Assembly: GCA_963662945.1 (NCBI GenBank)
Contig: OY759974.1
Span: 2,336,001 to 2,400,000, forward strand
Origin: Arcobacteraceae bacterium
GTDB taxonomy: Bacteria; Campylobacterota; Campylobacteria; Campylobacterales; Arcobacteraceae
Direction: 5' to 3'
DNA: 64,000 nt
The notes beneath the pieces are model-generated. The model had not been told where the DNA came from. It saw only the letters and a program-made list of their open reading frames with translations, and did no database searches. Below, piece after piece: positions 30,425-41,261 of this stretch (position 1 is its first letter; each line of letters begins with the position of its first letter). Both the position numbers and the translations under genes were made by a program.

Positions 30425-31120
30425 TTATAATAACTTACTAAGTTTTTGTACTTTTTTAAAATATTTCATATTTCGTTCAATTGTATACTTTTCAATTTTA
30501 TCTAAGAGCTTTGCATCTGTAACATGAAGTTTTTTTAATCTTGATAGACCATTAAAATTATCATTTATTTTTCCAAGTAAGTCTTTCAAAGTTGTTAAAG
30601 TTTTTAGTTGTTTTCTTTTTTGTTTTTTCAAATTTTTCAAAGCATAGAGAGTATGTTTAATTTGTATTCTATATTTATGAAGAGTTTTTTGTTCAAATAT
30701 AAGAGCTATGTTGTTTTGAATTTTTGGAAAGTCTAAGGGATGAACGATATTTTTACTTTTGATATTTTCTGGTATTTTGAGATTCTCAATGTATAAATAA
30801 AGTTGTTGGAATAATTTATTCCGAGTTTTATTTGAGTTTTCAATAATTAAATTCATATCAAGAGCTTTTTTATAAGAGGGTTTAAGTGACTCAACATAGG
30901 TACTAAAAAATACATCCATATCTCTTATTGTATTGCTTAGTTTGATTATTTTTTTTAGTTTGGGATAAAAAGGGTCAGAATCATCTACTAGGGATAATAA
31001 CTCTCTAGTTTGTTTACGTAAAATATGAATATTACCAATACTGTCATTACTACTTAAAAGTAGTAAATTAACAGTTTCAGTTAAATTTTTGAGTTTTACA
31101 TTTAATATACACTTTTCCAT
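30425..31120 (-). CDS. CHAD-domain protein
   Basis: IHILRKQTR...IRDMDVF and LHKYRIQIK...LKDLLGKIND repeats; very basic. Confidence 0.8.
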   Translation of the reverse strand: MEKCILNVKLKNLTETVNLLLLSSNDSIGNIHILRKQTRELLSLVDDSDPFYPKLKKIIKLSNTIRDMDVFFSTYVESLKPSYKKALDMNLIIENSNKTRNKLFQQLYLYIENLKIPENIKSKNIVHPLDFPKIQNNIALIFEQKTLHKYRIQIKHTLYALKNLKKQKRKQLKTLTTLKDLLGKINDNFNGLSRLKKLHVTDAKLLDKIEKYTIERNMKYFKKVQKLSKLL

Positions 31121-31170
31121 AGTAACTAAGACTACTATAAGTGTAATTAAAGTTATCTAATAAAATAGAG

Positions 31171-32343
31171 TTACTTCTTACTCTCAACAAATTTTTGGAT
31201 TCTATTAATACCATCTTTGATTGTTGCTTCATCTGTAGCAAAAGAAAGTCTAAAGTACCCCTCAAGCCCAAATGCAACACCAGGTACAACTGCAACACCA
31301 ACTTCTTCTAAAAGTCCTTTTGAAAACTCCATAGAATCATTTGATACTTCTTTAATATTTACAAAAAGGTAGAATGCACCACTAGGTTTTACAACTGATA
31401 AACCATCTATGTTGTTAATCATCTCAACTGCAATATTTCTTCTTTTTTCAAACTCTACTCTCATAGATTCAATATCATTATCTGCACTTCCATCAAGAGC
31501 AGGAATAGCTGCAGCTTGAGTAATAGAATTAATATTTGATGTTGATTGTGATTGTAATTTTTTCATTGCTTTTACTAAAGCTTTGTCTTTAGATGCTAAA
31601 TATCCAAATCTCCAACCAGTCATTGCAACAGATTTACTGAGTCCATTAACTGTAATTGTTCTGTTGTACATATCTTCACTTACACTAGCAACAGCTGTAA
31701 ATTCTAGATTATCATAAGTGATTTTTTCATACATTTCATCACTAATCACAGTGATATTTGTATCTTTTAAAACTTCTGCTAATGCTAAAATTTCATCTTT
31801 TGTATAAACACTTCCTGTAGGATTTGAAGGACTTGTTAAAACTAACATTTTAGATTTTGGAGTAATTGCAGCTTTTAATTGTTCTGGTGTAATTTTGAAT
31901 CCACTTGCGTCATCGGTAATGATCTCTACAACAGTTCCACCACTGTATTTTACAAGCTCAGGATATGTTACCCAATATGGTGCAGGAATAATAACTTCAT
32001 CACCTTCTTGGATTCCAGCTTGAAAGATATTAAATAAGCTGTGTTTTGCACCAACACTTACAATTACCTCAGATGGATCGTAGTTTAGATTATTGTCTCT
32101 TTTTAGTTTACCACATATAGCTTCTCTACAAAGAGGAGTTCCCTCAACAGCTGTATATCGAGTATCGTTATTCTCCATAGCTTTAATTGCTGCATCTTTT
32201 ATAATTTGAGGTGTACCAAAATCTGGTTCACCTGCACTAAAACTTAGCACATCTTTTCCTGCTGCTTTTAATTCTCTTGACAGTGTAGTGATAGCTATTG
32301 TAATTGACTCAGAAAGCCTATCCATTCTACTTGCAATTTCCAT
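31171..32343 (-). CDS. PLP-dependent aspartate aminotransferase (class I)
   Basis: AGEPDF, GAKHSL, PAPYWVTY, SPSNPTG, SDEMY, NGLSKSVAMTGWRFGY, GAFY. Confidence 0.93.
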   Translation of the reverse strand: MEIASRMDRLSESITIAITTLSRELKAAGKDVLSFSAGEPDFGTPQIIKDAAIKAMENNDTRYTAVEGTPLCREAICGKLKRDNNLNYDPSEVIVSVGAKHSLFNIFQAGIQEGDEVIIPAPYWVTYPELVKYSGGTVVEIITDDASGFKITPEQLKAAITPKSKMLVLTSPSNPTGSVYTKDEILALAEVLKDTNITVISDEMYEKITYDNLEFTAVASVSEDMYNRTITVNGLSKSVAMTGWRFGYLASKDKALVKAMKKLQSQSTSNINSITQAAAIPALDGSADNDIESMRVEFEKRRNIAVEMINNIDGLSVVKPSGAFYLFVNIKEVSNDSMEFSKGLLEEVGVAVVPGVAFGLEGYFRLSFATDEATIKDGINRIQKFVESKK

Positions 32344-32454
32344 ATATTGTTCCTTTTGAGAAGTTCATTTTATTTTGTGGCGAATTATACATAAATATTA
32401 ATCAATATTTTATTAAATTTAAGATAGCCTAATATAAAAATTTTAGGAATTTAA

Positions 32455-32568
32455 ATGAGATTAATTATAATTGGATTATTAGTAAGTTTGATTTTTATAG
32501 GATGTGGTTATAAAGCAGATCCAATTTATGTTGATAATGATAAAACTGAACAAAAGGTAGAAAAGTAA
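32455..32568 (+). CDS. 37-aa lipoprotein, LptM/YifL-like
   Basis: MRLIIIGLLVSLIFIG-CGYKADPIY...: signal peptide, lipobox Cys, CGxK..P.Y motif; AGGA RBS; not in the ORF track. Confidence 0.78.
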   Translation: MRLIIIGLLVSLIFIGCGYKADPIYVDNDKTEQKVEK

Positions 32569-32571
32569 TAT

Positions 32572-34026
32572 ATGATATATGATTATTTAATTGTAGGTAC
32601 AGGGGTTGCTGGATTAAATGCAGCAAGACTTGTTCCAAAAGATAAAAAAGTATTAGTAGTATGTAAAAAAACACCTTGGGAATGTAATACATTTTGGGCA
32701 CAAGGTGGAGTTGTACGAGCTAGAGACAAAAAAGATATACCACTTCATATCCATGATACCATGGTTGCAGGGGTCAATTTAAATGACCTTAAAGCTGTTG
32801 AAACATTAAGTGAACACTCAATAGAAGCTATAGACAATCTTATGGCAAATGGTTTTGTATTTGATAAAAATGCAAAAGGTGAATTAGCTTTTACAAAAGA
32901 AGCAGCACATAGTACAAGCAGAATTTTACATGCTGATGGAGATGCAACTGGACGTATGTTACATATGTTCTTATTACAACAATGTCCCCATGAAGTTGTG
33001 ACAGATTCTATAGTAATTGATCTTTTGTATGAAGATGGAATATGTTATGGAGCACATTTAATAGCTAATGGAAAAGATAAAATAGTATATGCGCACAATA
33101 CAATTCTTGCAAGTGGTGGAGTAGGTTCTATTTATAGATATCATACGAACTCAGTTACAATTGCTGGTGATATTCAAGGTATTTGTATTGAAAAGGGTAT
33201 AAAACTAAAAGATATGGAAATGATGCAATTTCATCCAACAGTATTTATTGAATCAGATTTACCAAGAAAACAGCTTTTAACAGAAGCATTAAGAGGTGAG
33301 GGTGCAATTATTGAAGATGAAGATGGTTATGCATTTTTAAAAGACTATCATGAAGATGCAGAGTTAGCACCAAGAGATGTTGTTAGTCGAGCTTTATTTG
33401 ATTATCACAAAAAAACGGGTTCTAAAATATATCTTTCATTTAGAAATTTTGAAAAAAATGTATTTAAAAAAAGATTTCCAAATATTTATAAAAATCTTAT
33501 GGATATTGGATATGATCTTCCTTTTGAAAGAGTTCCAATTAGTCCTGCATTTCATTATAGTATGGGTGGAATTGAAGTTGAACTTAACTCAAAAGTAAAA
33601 AATAGTAAAAATCTTTATGCTGTAGGTGAAGTTGCTTGTACCGGTGTACATGGTGCCAATAGATTAGCATCAAATTCATTACTAGAAGGACTTGTTTTTT
33701 CTAAATTAGCAGTTGAAACAGCTGAAAAAGAAAATTTTAAAATTGATTTGAAAAATTTTAAAAATAAAGACAATCAACCACACTATGAATTACAAAAAAC
33801 TACAGATAAAGCAATAAAAAATGCTTTAAGAAATTTGATGTGGACTAGTGTTGGTATTGTGAGACAAAGACAAGACTTAATTGATGCTTTAGAAGAGATA
33901 GATAGCTTTTTAAGTGAGAATGTAGGCCGATTACTTTTTTTAAGGTTACTTACGGCAAAATCCATTATTCAAAGTGCCTTGGATAGAAAAAAATCTATAG
34001 GTGCGCATTATATTAAGGAGAAATAA
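32572..34026 (+). CDS. nadB: L-aspartate oxidase
   Basis: GTGVAGL, WAQGG, EAAHS..RILHADGDATG, QFHPT, TEALRGEG, ELAPRDVVSR, HGANRLASNSLLEG. Confidence 0.95.
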   Translation: MIYDYLIVGTGVAGLNAARLVPKDKKVLVVCKKTPWECNTFWAQGGVVRARDKKDIPLHIHDTMVAGVNLNDLKAVETLSEHSIEAIDNLMANGFVFDKNAKGELAFTKEAAHSTSRILHADGDATGRMLHMFLLQQCPHEVVTDSIVIDLLYEDGICYGAHLIANGKDKIVYAHNTILASGGVGSIYRYHTNSVTIAGDIQGICIEKGIKLKDMEMMQFHPTVFIESDLPRKQLLTEALRGEGAIIEDEDGYAFLKDYHEDAELAPRDVVSRALFDYHKKTGSKIYLSFRNFEKNVFKKRFPNIYKNLMDIGYDLPFERVPISPAFHYSMGGIEVELNSKVKNSKNLYAVGEVACTGVHGANRLASNSLLEGLVFSKLAVETAEKENFKIDLKNFKNKDNQPHYELQKTTDKAIKNALRNLMWTSVGIVRQRQDLIDALEEIDSFLSENVGRLLFLRLLTAKSIIQSALDRKKSIGAHYIKEK

Positions 34027-35408
34027 TGGTTAAACTACTTTTAGTTAGTTTAGCAAGTGTATTTGCATTTGCAAGTGGTGGAGGAGCCTCTACAGGTGTT
34101 GAGATACCTGATTTAACAATGACATGGGTAGGTATTGCTTCTTTGATTATTTTTGTTGTTGGGTATTATTTTGTTGCAATGGAAGAAAAATATCATATTG
34201 ACAAAGCAAAACCAGCTTTATTAACAGGTACTTTCCTTTTTATGATGATTGCTGCATATTATGCATTTAATCATATGAATATGGATTTAGTTCATACACA
34301 AGTACAACATCTTATTTTAGAGATAGCGGAAATCTTCTTCTTCTTATTTGTTGCTATGACATATATTGAGTCTATGATTCACATGGGTGTATTTGATAGA
34401 TTAAAATATAATTTAGTATCAAAAGGATATACATATAGAAAATTATTTTGGGTAACAGGATTTTTAGCATTCTTTATCTCTCCTGTTGCAGATAACTTAA
34501 CAACAGCGTTAATTCTTTCAACCGTTTTAATTACAATTGAAAGAGAAAAGAAAGAGTTTTTAGTACCAGGTGCTATAAATATTGTTGTTGCTGCAAATGC
34601 AGGTGGTGCATGGTCTCCATTTGGTGATATCACAACACTTATGGCTTGGACAGCAGGAAAAGGTGCTTTCTCAGATTTCTTATTTTTATTTCCAGCTGCA
34701 ATTTTAGGGTATCTTGTAACTGCATATTTATTATCTAAAATTGTACCAAACACAACACCAGAATTTGATGCTTCTACAGAAAAAAAACCTGAATTAATGA
34801 AAGGTGCAAATGTTGTTATTGGATTAGGTGTATTTACAATTTTTTGTGCTGTTATAGGACATCAAGTTTTACATGTACCAGCTATGTGGGGTATGATGTT
34901 TGGTTTAGCATTATTAAAAATGTATGCATACAGAATGAAAAAAGTTCATAAAACAGAATTTAATATTTATCATTCTATGGCAAAAATAGAAAATAATACA
35001 TTATTATTTTTCTTTGGTATTTTAGCTGCAGTTGGAGCATTATATTTTATTGGTTGGTTAGCATTAGCAGCACATGTTTATTCTCCAGATGTATTTGGTC
35101 CAACAGCATCTAATATTGGTGTTGGTTTTTTATCTGCTATTGTTGATAACGTTCCTGTTATGTCTGCCGTATTAAAAGCAAATCCAGATATGGTTCACGC
35201 ACAATGGATGTTAGTAACACTTACAGCTGGTGTTGGTGGTTCATTAATCTCTTTTGGATCAGCAGCTGGTGTTGGAGTTATGGGTAAATTACCAGGAGTT
35301 TATACTTTTGGATCTCATATGAAATATGCTTGGACAGTGTTAATAGGGTATATTGTTTCTGTAGCTGTATGGTATGGACAATTTATTGTATTAGGAATTG
35401 GTGCATAA
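34026..35408 (+). CDS. nhaD: Na+/H+ antiporter NhaD
   Basis: IDKAKPAL, FFISPVADNLTTA, VAANAGGAWSPFGDITT, SAIVDNVP, GGSLISFGSAAGV. Confidence 0.93.
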   Translation: MVKLLLVSLASVFAFASGGGASTGVEIPDLTMTWVGIASLIIFVVGYYFVAMEEKYHIDKAKPALLTGTFLFMMIAAYYAFNHMNMDLVHTQVQHLILEIAEIFFFLFVAMTYIESMIHMGVFDRLKYNLVSKGYTYRKLFWVTGFLAFFISPVADNLTTALILSTVLITIEREKKEFLVPGAINIVVAANAGGAWSPFGDITTLMAWTAGKGAFSDFLFLFPAAILGYLVTAYLLSKIVPNTTPEFDASTEKKPELMKGANVVIGLGVFTIFCAVIGHQVLHVPAMWGMMFGLALLKMYAYRMKKVHKTEFNIYHSMAKIENNTLLFFFGILAAVGALYFIGWLALAAHVYSPDVFGPTASNIGVGFLSAIVDNVPVMSAVLKANPDMVHAQWMLVTLTAGVGGSLISFGSAAGVGVMGKLPGVYTFGSHMKYAWTVLIGYIVSVAVWYGQFIVLGIGA

Positions 35409-35424
35409 CTAATTCTTACTTTCT

Positions 35425-35458
35425 AAAAGGCTAAGGAGAAATCCTTAGCCTTTTTTTT
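35425..35458 (+). terminator. Intrinsic terminator after nhaD
   Basis: AAAAGGCTAAGGA-GAAA-TCCTTAGCC-T8. Confidence 0.9.
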
Positions 35459-35509
35459 ACCTTCTTTTTGGTATAATCTGCCTAATTATAGTATTTTAAA
35501 GGATTTTAT

Positions 35510-37048
35510 TTGAAACATGTGCCAATATTAGTTTTAGACTTTGGGAGTCAATATACACAACTTATCTCAAAAAGATTGAGAAATAGTGGATTTTATTCTG
35601 AAATAGTTCCATATAATGAATCAATCGAAGATATAAAAGCAAGAACTCCTAAAGGGATAGTTTTGAGTGGAGGACCTGCTTCAGTTTATGCAGATGATGC
35701 ATATAAAGTAGATGAAGCTATTTTTGATTTAGGATTACCAGTATTAGGTATTTGTTACGGTATGCAAACAATTGCACATTATTTAGGTGGAAGTGTTATA
35801 CCTGCTGATCATCATGAATATGGAAAAGCAAAGTTAAAAGTTGAAGATGCTAGTTGTCCTATATTTAAAGATGTAACAGATGAAGAAGTTGTATGGATGT
35901 CTCATGGTGATAGAGTAGAGTCTTTACCAACTGGATTTAAAGTAATTGGTACAAGTGAAAACTCACCTTATGCAGCTATTGCAAATGAAGAAAAAAATAT
36001 TTATGCATTTCAATATCATCCAGAAGTAACACATAGTGTTGAGGGTGCACATATGCTTACAAATTTTGCAAAGTATATTTGTGGATGTGAAAAAAACTGG
36101 AATATGGGAAATTTTGCTAAAGAGCAAATTGAAAAAATTAGAGCACAAGTAGGTGATAAAAAAGTTCTTTGTGGTGTAAGTGGTGGCGTTGACAGTTCTG
36201 TTGTTGCTACACTTTTAGCTGAAGCAATTGGAGATAAATTAGTACCAGTATTTGTAAATAATGGACTTTTAAGAGCCAATGAAGTTCAAGATGTTCAAAA
36301 TATGTTTGTAACAAGAGGAATTAATCTTATTACTGTAGATGCATCAAATGAATTTTTAAGTAAATTAGCAGGTGTTACAGACCCTGAAACTAAAAGAAAA
36401 ATAATTGGTGAAACATTTATTGAAGTATTTGATAAAGAAGCTAAAAAACATGATGGTATAGAATTTTTGGCACAAGGTACTTTATATACAGATGTTATTG
36501 AATCTGTTTCAGTTAAAGGACCTTCTAAAACTATTAAATCTCATCACAATGTAGGTGGACTTCCTGATTGGATGACATTTGAACTTATTGAACCATTAAG
36601 AGAAATTTTTAAAGATGAAGTACGAACTTTAGGACTAGAACTAGGATTACCTTCTCAAATGATTGGAAGACATCCTTTTCCTGGACCAGGACTTGCTATT
36701 AGAATTATGGGTGAAGTTAATGAAGCAGATTTAACAATCTTACGACAAGCAGATACGATTATGTTAGAAGAACTACGAGCTAGTGGTTGGTATGATAAAA
36801 CATGGCAAGCTTTTACAGTACTTTTAAATGTAAAATCAGTTGGTGTTATGGGAGATAATCGAACTTATGATAACACAGCTTGTATAAGAATTGTTAACGC
36901 AATCGATGGGATGACTGCGACATTTGCATATATTCCACATGATATATTGGAAGTTATGAGTAGAAGAATTATTAATGAAGTTGATGGAATCAATAGAGTA
37001 GTATATGATATCTCTTCAAAACCACCAGCAACAATAGAGTGGGAATAA
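35510..37048 (+). CDS. guaA: GMP synthase (glutamine-hydrolysing)
   Basis: [56 protein letters not shown]. Confidence 0.99.
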   Translation: MKHVPILVLDFGSQYTQLISKRLRNSGFYSEIVPYNESIEDIKARTPKGIVLSGGPASVYADDAYKVDEAIFDLGLPVLGICYGMQTIAHYLGGSVIPADHHEYGKAKLKVEDASCPIFKDVTDEEVVWMSHGDRVESLPTGFKVIGTSENSPYAAIANEEKNIYAFQYHPEVTHSVEGAHMLTNFAKYICGCEKNWNMGNFAKEQIEKIRAQVGDKKVLCGVSGGVDSSVVATLLAEAIGDKLVPVFVNNGLLRANEVQDVQNMFVTRGINLITVDASNEFLSKLAGVTDPETKRKIIGETFIEVFDKEAKKHDGIEFLAQGTLYTDVIESVSVKGPSKTIKSHHNVGGLPDWMTFELIEPLREIFKDEVRTLGLELGLPSQMIGRHPFPGPGLAIRIMGEVNEADLTILRQADTIMLEELRASGWYDKTWQAFTVLLNVKSVGVMGDNRTYDNTACIRIVNAIDGMTATFAYIPHDILEVMSRRIINEVDGINRVVYDISSKPPATIEWE

Positions 37049-37151
37049 AAGTTAAAATTTTACTTCATTTTGTACTCAGCCCAAGTTTGAAGTACTAATA
37101 GTACATCTTCACTTGGACTGTGCAACAATCTAAAGCAAACTCTTAACTTTT
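37047..37151. repeat. ~105-bp imperfect palindrome directly after the guaA stop
   Basis: Outer arms AAAAGTTAA/TTAACTTTT, inner arms CAG.CCAAGT/ACTTGG.CTG and GTACTA/TAGTAC. Confidence 0.7.
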
Positions 37152-37232
37152 CAGTATTTTAGAAATTCCTTATTTTTGTGACACTAGATGTGACATTTAT
37201 TTGATATAATTTAATTATATTAAAGGAACTCA

Positions 37233-37640
37233 ATGAAAAATAATTTAAAACTACAAAAAGCTTTTTCACTTATTGAACTTATTTTTGTTATTGCTATTTT
37301 AGGTATCATTGCAACTATTGCGGTCCCAAAACTTTTAAATTCTAGAAGTAGTGCAGTTGTTACAACAATCAAGCAAGATATTAGTACAATAACAACAGCA
37401 ATACAATCACAATATATGTTAAATGGTAATATTGATAAAATTACAGACTCAGTAACAATAAATGAAAAAAATTGGAAAGTCGAAGATAAAAAATTAGTGT
37501 ATGATATTGATGGTAAAGATTGTGTAACCATTGAAGTAACAACAAATAGTTTAGTAGTAACAATAAAAGAAAAATCTAGTAGTTTGTGTCAAAAACTTTA
37601 TGATGCAGGTATTAAAAATACAACATATGATTTAATATAG
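37233..37640 (+). CDS. Prepilin-type N-terminal cleavage/methylation protein (pseudopilin)
   Basis: KAFSLIELIFVIAILGIIATIAVPK (A/F cleavage site, E5). Confidence 0.9.
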   Translation: MKNNLKLQKAFSLIELIFVIAILGIIATIAVPKLLNSRSSAVVTTIKQDISTITTAIQSQYMLNGNIDKITDSVTINEKNWKVEDKKLVYDIDGKDCVTIEVTTNSLVVTIKEKSSSLCQKLYDAGIKNTTYDLI

Positions 37641-37646
37641 GATAAC

Positions 37647-38171
37647 ATGGATAAAGTAGTTTTTTTAGACAGAGATGGTGTGATAAATATTGAAAAGAAT
37701 TATCTTCATAAGATTGATGATTTTGAATTTATTGATGGTGTTTTTAGCTCATTACAATATCTTCAAAAACTTGGATATAAGTTTGTTATTATTACAAATC
37801 AATCAGGAATTGGAAGAGGATATTATAATCCTAAAGACTATGATATCCTAACACACTGGATGAAAGAACAATTTAGAAAAAATAATATTGAGATTGTGGA
37901 AGTCTTCTGTTGTCCGCATGCCCCAAATCAAAATTGTAATTGTAGAAAGCCGAATACCGGGATGATTGAAGAAGCATCTAAAATATTAAATATTGATTAT
38001 TCTAATTCATGGCTTATTGGAGACAAAGACTCAGATATCCAAACAGCAATTAATGCAAATATAAAAAATACTATTCAAGTTCGTTCTGGACATAAGTTTA
38101 ATGAAAAGCAATCAAGGGCAGACTTTATCATAGATTCTGTTAAAGATATACCAAATATTATAAAAGAGTAA
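37647..38171 (+). CDS. gmhB: D-glycero-D-manno-heptose 1,7-bisphosphate phosphatase
   Basis: FLDRDGVIN, ITNQSGIGRGY, CPH...CNCRKP, IGDKDSD. Confidence 0.95.
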   Translation: MDKVVFLDRDGVINIEKNYLHKIDDFEFIDGVFSSLQYLQKLGYKFVIITNQSGIGRGYYNPKDYDILTHWMKEQFRKNNIEIVEVFCCPHAPNQNCNCRKPNTGMIEEASKILNIDYSNSWLIGDKDSDIQTAINANIKNTIQVRSGHKFNEKQSRADFIIDSVKDIPNIIKE

Positions 38172-38219
38172 AGTTATTTTAGATAGAATCTTACAAATTT
38201 AAAAAATATTGGATAAAGT

Positions 38220-38783
38220 ATGTTAGAAACTATAAAAAAAGAGTTTGAATCTCATCTTAAAATTATTCAAACTGTTCAAAATAATATGGAAAGTGCTATT
38301 CAAGATGTTTCAAAGATTGTTGTAGAAACATTAAAAAATGGTAATAAAATTTTAATTTGTGGAAATGGTGGTAGTGCTGCGGATGCACAACATTTTGCAG
38401 CGGAGTTAACTGGAAGATATAAAACAGAAAGAAAAGGACTTCCTGGAATCGCTCTGACAACAGATACTAGTGCATTAACAGCAATTGGAAATGATTACGG
38501 ATATGATAGGGTTTTTGATAGACAAACAGAAGCTTTAGCTAATAAAGGTGATCTTCTTATTGGTATTAGTACAAGTGGAAATAGTAAAAATGTTATAAGT
38601 GCTTTACAACTTGCAAAAGAGATGGGATGTAAGACAATAGGTCTTAGTGGTAGAGATGGTGGAGCTATGAATGATGTTTGTGATATAAATCTTGTAGTGC
38701 CAAGCGATAATACACCTAGAATACAGGAAATGCATATACTTTTTATACATACAATATGTCAAATAATTGATGATAATTTTTAA
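38220..38783 (+). CDS. gmhA: Phosphoheptose isomerase
   Basis: [37 protein letters not shown]. Confidence 0.97.
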   Translation: MLETIKKEFESHLKIIQTVQNNMESAIQDVSKIVVETLKNGNKILICGNGGSAADAQHFAAELTGRYKTERKGLPGIALTTDTSALTAIGNDYGYDRVFDRQTEALANKGDLLIGISTSGNSKNVISALQLAKEMGCKTIGLSGRDGGAMNDVCDINLVVPSDNTPRIQEMHILFIHTICQIIDDNF

Positions 38784-38792
38784 GGAATATTA

Positions 38793-39341
38793 ATGAAAAT
38801 TTTAACTGAAGAACAAAAAAATATTTTATTGGAAAGTATTAGAGATATACCTGATTTCCCAAAACCTGGAATAATTTTTAAAGATATTACAACTTTACTA
38901 AATAATAAAGAGGCATTTAAATTATTGATGGATCATTTAGAAGCTAGATATAAAGATATGAATTTAGATTATGTTGCTGGACTTGATGCCAGAGGTTTTA
39001 TATTTGGTGCTACATTAGCAGATAGATTAGGTATTGGGTTTGTTCCTATTAGAAAAAAAGGAAAACTTCCTAGTGCTACAATTTGTGAAAAATATGAACT
39101 AGAATATGGTTTTGACGAAGTTGAGATTCATCTTGATGCTTTTCATAACAATGAAAATGCAAATGTATTGGTAATAGATGATTTATGTGCAACAGGTGGA
39201 ACAGCTACAGCTGCTGCAAAACTCGTACTTGATGCAAAAGCAAATTTAATTGAAACATGTTTTTTAATGAATTTAAAATTTTTAGCAGGGGATGAAAAAG
39301 TAAAAAAATATTCACCTGTTTATAGTGTACTAGATATTTAA
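38793..39341 (+). CDS. apt: Adenine phosphoribosyltransferase
   Basis: [44 protein letters not shown]. Confidence 0.97.
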   Translation: MKILTEEQKNILLESIRDIPDFPKPGIIFKDITTLLNNKEAFKLLMDHLEARYKDMNLDYVAGLDARGFIFGATLADRLGIGFVPIRKKGKLPSATICEKYELEYGFDEVEIHLDAFHNNENANVLVIDDLCATGGTATAAAKLVLDAKANLIETCFLMNLKFLAGDEKVKKYSPVYSVLDI

Positions 39342-39354
39342 AGGATAATTTTAT

Positions 39355-40563
39355 ATGGCAAATTATATACCAAAAGCAAGTATTTATGATCCTGATTCAA
39401 ATGGTCATTTTGGAATGTTTGGAGGACGATATGTTCCTGAAACATTAATGCCAATACTATTAGAATTAGAAGAAGAATATAAAAAGTATAGATTCAACAA
39501 AAAATTTTGGGCAGAAGTAAATCATTTGCTAGAAGAATATGTTGGTCGACCAAATCCATTATATTTAGCTCAAAATATTAGTGATGAAATAGGCGCAAAG
39601 GTATATTTAAAAAGAGAAGATTTAAATCATACAGGTGCACATAAAGTAAATAATGTTATTGCACAAGGTTTATTAGCAAAAAAACTTGGAAAAACAAAAG
39701 TTATAGCTGAAACAGGTGCTGGACAACATGGTGTTGCAACTGCAACTATTGCTGCATTAATGGGATTAGAGTGTACTATATTTATGGGTGCAAAAGATGT
39801 TGCAAGGCAAGAGTTAAATGTATTTCGTATGAAACTTTTGGGTGCAAAAGTTATCCCAGTAGAATCAGGAAGTCAATCATTAAAAGATGCTATGAATGAT
39901 GCCATAAGATATTGGGTTACAAATGCAAGAGATACGTTTTATATTATAGGTACTGTTGCAGGTCCACATCCTTATCCTATGATGATAAGGGATTTTCAAG
40001 CTATTATTGGATGGGAAGCACGAGGGCAAATTCTTGAAAAAGAAGGTACATTACCTGATTATGTATTAGCTTGTATTGGTGGTGGTTCAAATGCCATTGG
40101 AATGTTTAGTCATTTTCTTGAGGATAAAAAAGTAACTTGTATAGGTATTGAAGCTGGTGGATTGGGAATTGATACAGATAAACATGGATGTAGTTTAAAA
40201 AAAGGAAGTCCTGGTATTTTACATGGTCAATGTTCATACTTACTTCAAGATGAAGACGGACAAGTTCAAGAAGCGCATAGTATAAGTGCAGGACTTGATT
40301 ATCCAGGAATTGGTCCTGAACATTCATATCACAATGATTTAGGAACAGTTGAATATGACCATGTAACTGATGATGAAGCATTAGAAGCTTTTGTTTGGTT
40401 AAGTCAAAAAGAGGGAATTATTCCTGCTTTTGAATCAAGTCATGCTATTGCTTATCTTAAAAAAGCAAAAGAAAGATTTCAAGGAAAAACTGTAATTGTA
40501 AATTTATCTGGTCGAGGTGATAAAGATATGATACAAGCAAAAAATATTTTAAAATTTGACTAG
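39355..40563 (+). CDS. trpB: Tryptophan synthase beta subunit
   Basis: [50 protein letters not shown]. Confidence 0.99.
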   Translation: MANYIPKASIYDPDSNGHFGMFGGRYVPETLMPILLELEEEYKKYRFNKKFWAEVNHLLEEYVGRPNPLYLAQNISDEIGAKVYLKREDLNHTGAHKVNNVIAQGLLAKKLGKTKVIAETGAGQHGVATATIAALMGLECTIFMGAKDVARQELNVFRMKLLGAKVIPVESGSQSLKDAMNDAIRYWVTNARDTFYIIGTVAGPHPYPMMIRDFQAIIGWEARGQILEKEGTLPDYVLACIGGGSNAIGMFSHFLEDKKVTCIGIEAGGLGIDTDKHGCSLKKGSPGILHGQCSYLLQDEDGQVQEAHSISAGLDYPGIGPEHSYHNDLGTVEYDHVTDDEALEAFVWLSQKEGIIPAFESSHAIAYLKKAKERFQGKTVIVNLSGRGDKDMIQAKNILKFD

Positions 40564-40571
40564 GTAGAATT

Positions 40572-41261
40572 ATGGATTTTTTACAAAAAAACTCAGGGAA
40601 GATTGCTACAGTTTTTTTTATATTCTTTTTTTCATATTTAGGATATAACCTTTACCATGCACCAGTTGTTGGGCTAAACGAAAAGTTTTTATATCTTATG
40701 AAAGAACATGGATATGTTATTCTTTTTGCTTGGAGTATACTTGAAGGTGAAATGGGACTTATCATGGGAGGACTATTGTGTCACACAGGTGATATGTGGT
40801 TGCCATTTGCCATTTTTATAGCAGGACTTGGTGGGTTTGTAGGAGATCAAATATATTTTTATATTGGAAGATATAATAAATCGTATGTACATAAAAATTT
40901 TAAAGGACAAAGAAGAAAATTTGCATTAGCGCATTTACTTCTTAAGAAATATGGGTGGCCTATAATATTCGTACAAAGATATATGTATGGTATGAGAACA
41001 GTTATTCCTATATCTATTGGGCTTACAAGATATAGTGCCAAAATGTTCGCATTTATTAATCTTTTAAGTGCTTGGGCTTGGGCAGCTATGACAATTGTTC
41101 CTGTATGGTATTTTGGAGATGAAATACTTAAAGTGTTAGAAATTGCAAAAGAGTATTGGTATGTTGCTGTTCCATTTGGAATTTTAATTGCAGTTAGTAT
41201 TTTATATTATTTCTCTACTGCAACAAAAAAAGAGAAGAAAATTCGGCAAAAGGAAATATAA
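40572..41261 (+). CDS. DedA-family membrane protein
   Basis: ILEGE, GDQIYFYIGR, QRYMYGMRT, FAFINLLSAWAWA. Confidence 0.9.
   Translation: MDFLQKNSGKIATVFFIFFFSYLGYNLYHAPVVGLNEKFLYLMKEHGYVILFAWSILEGEMGLIMGGLLCHTGDMWLPFAIFIAGLGGFVGDQIYFYIGRYNKSYVHKNFKGQRRKFALAHLLLKKYGWPIIFVQRYMYGMRTVIPISIGLTRYSAKMFAFINLLSAWAWAAMTIVPVWYFGDEILKVLEIAKEYWYVAVPFGILIAVSILYYFSTATKKEKKIRQKEI

Noticed and set aside
4812-40563. trpA and trpB lying 34 kb apart
   Set aside because: Dispersed trp genes are common in free-living Campylobacterota, and both genes look intact.
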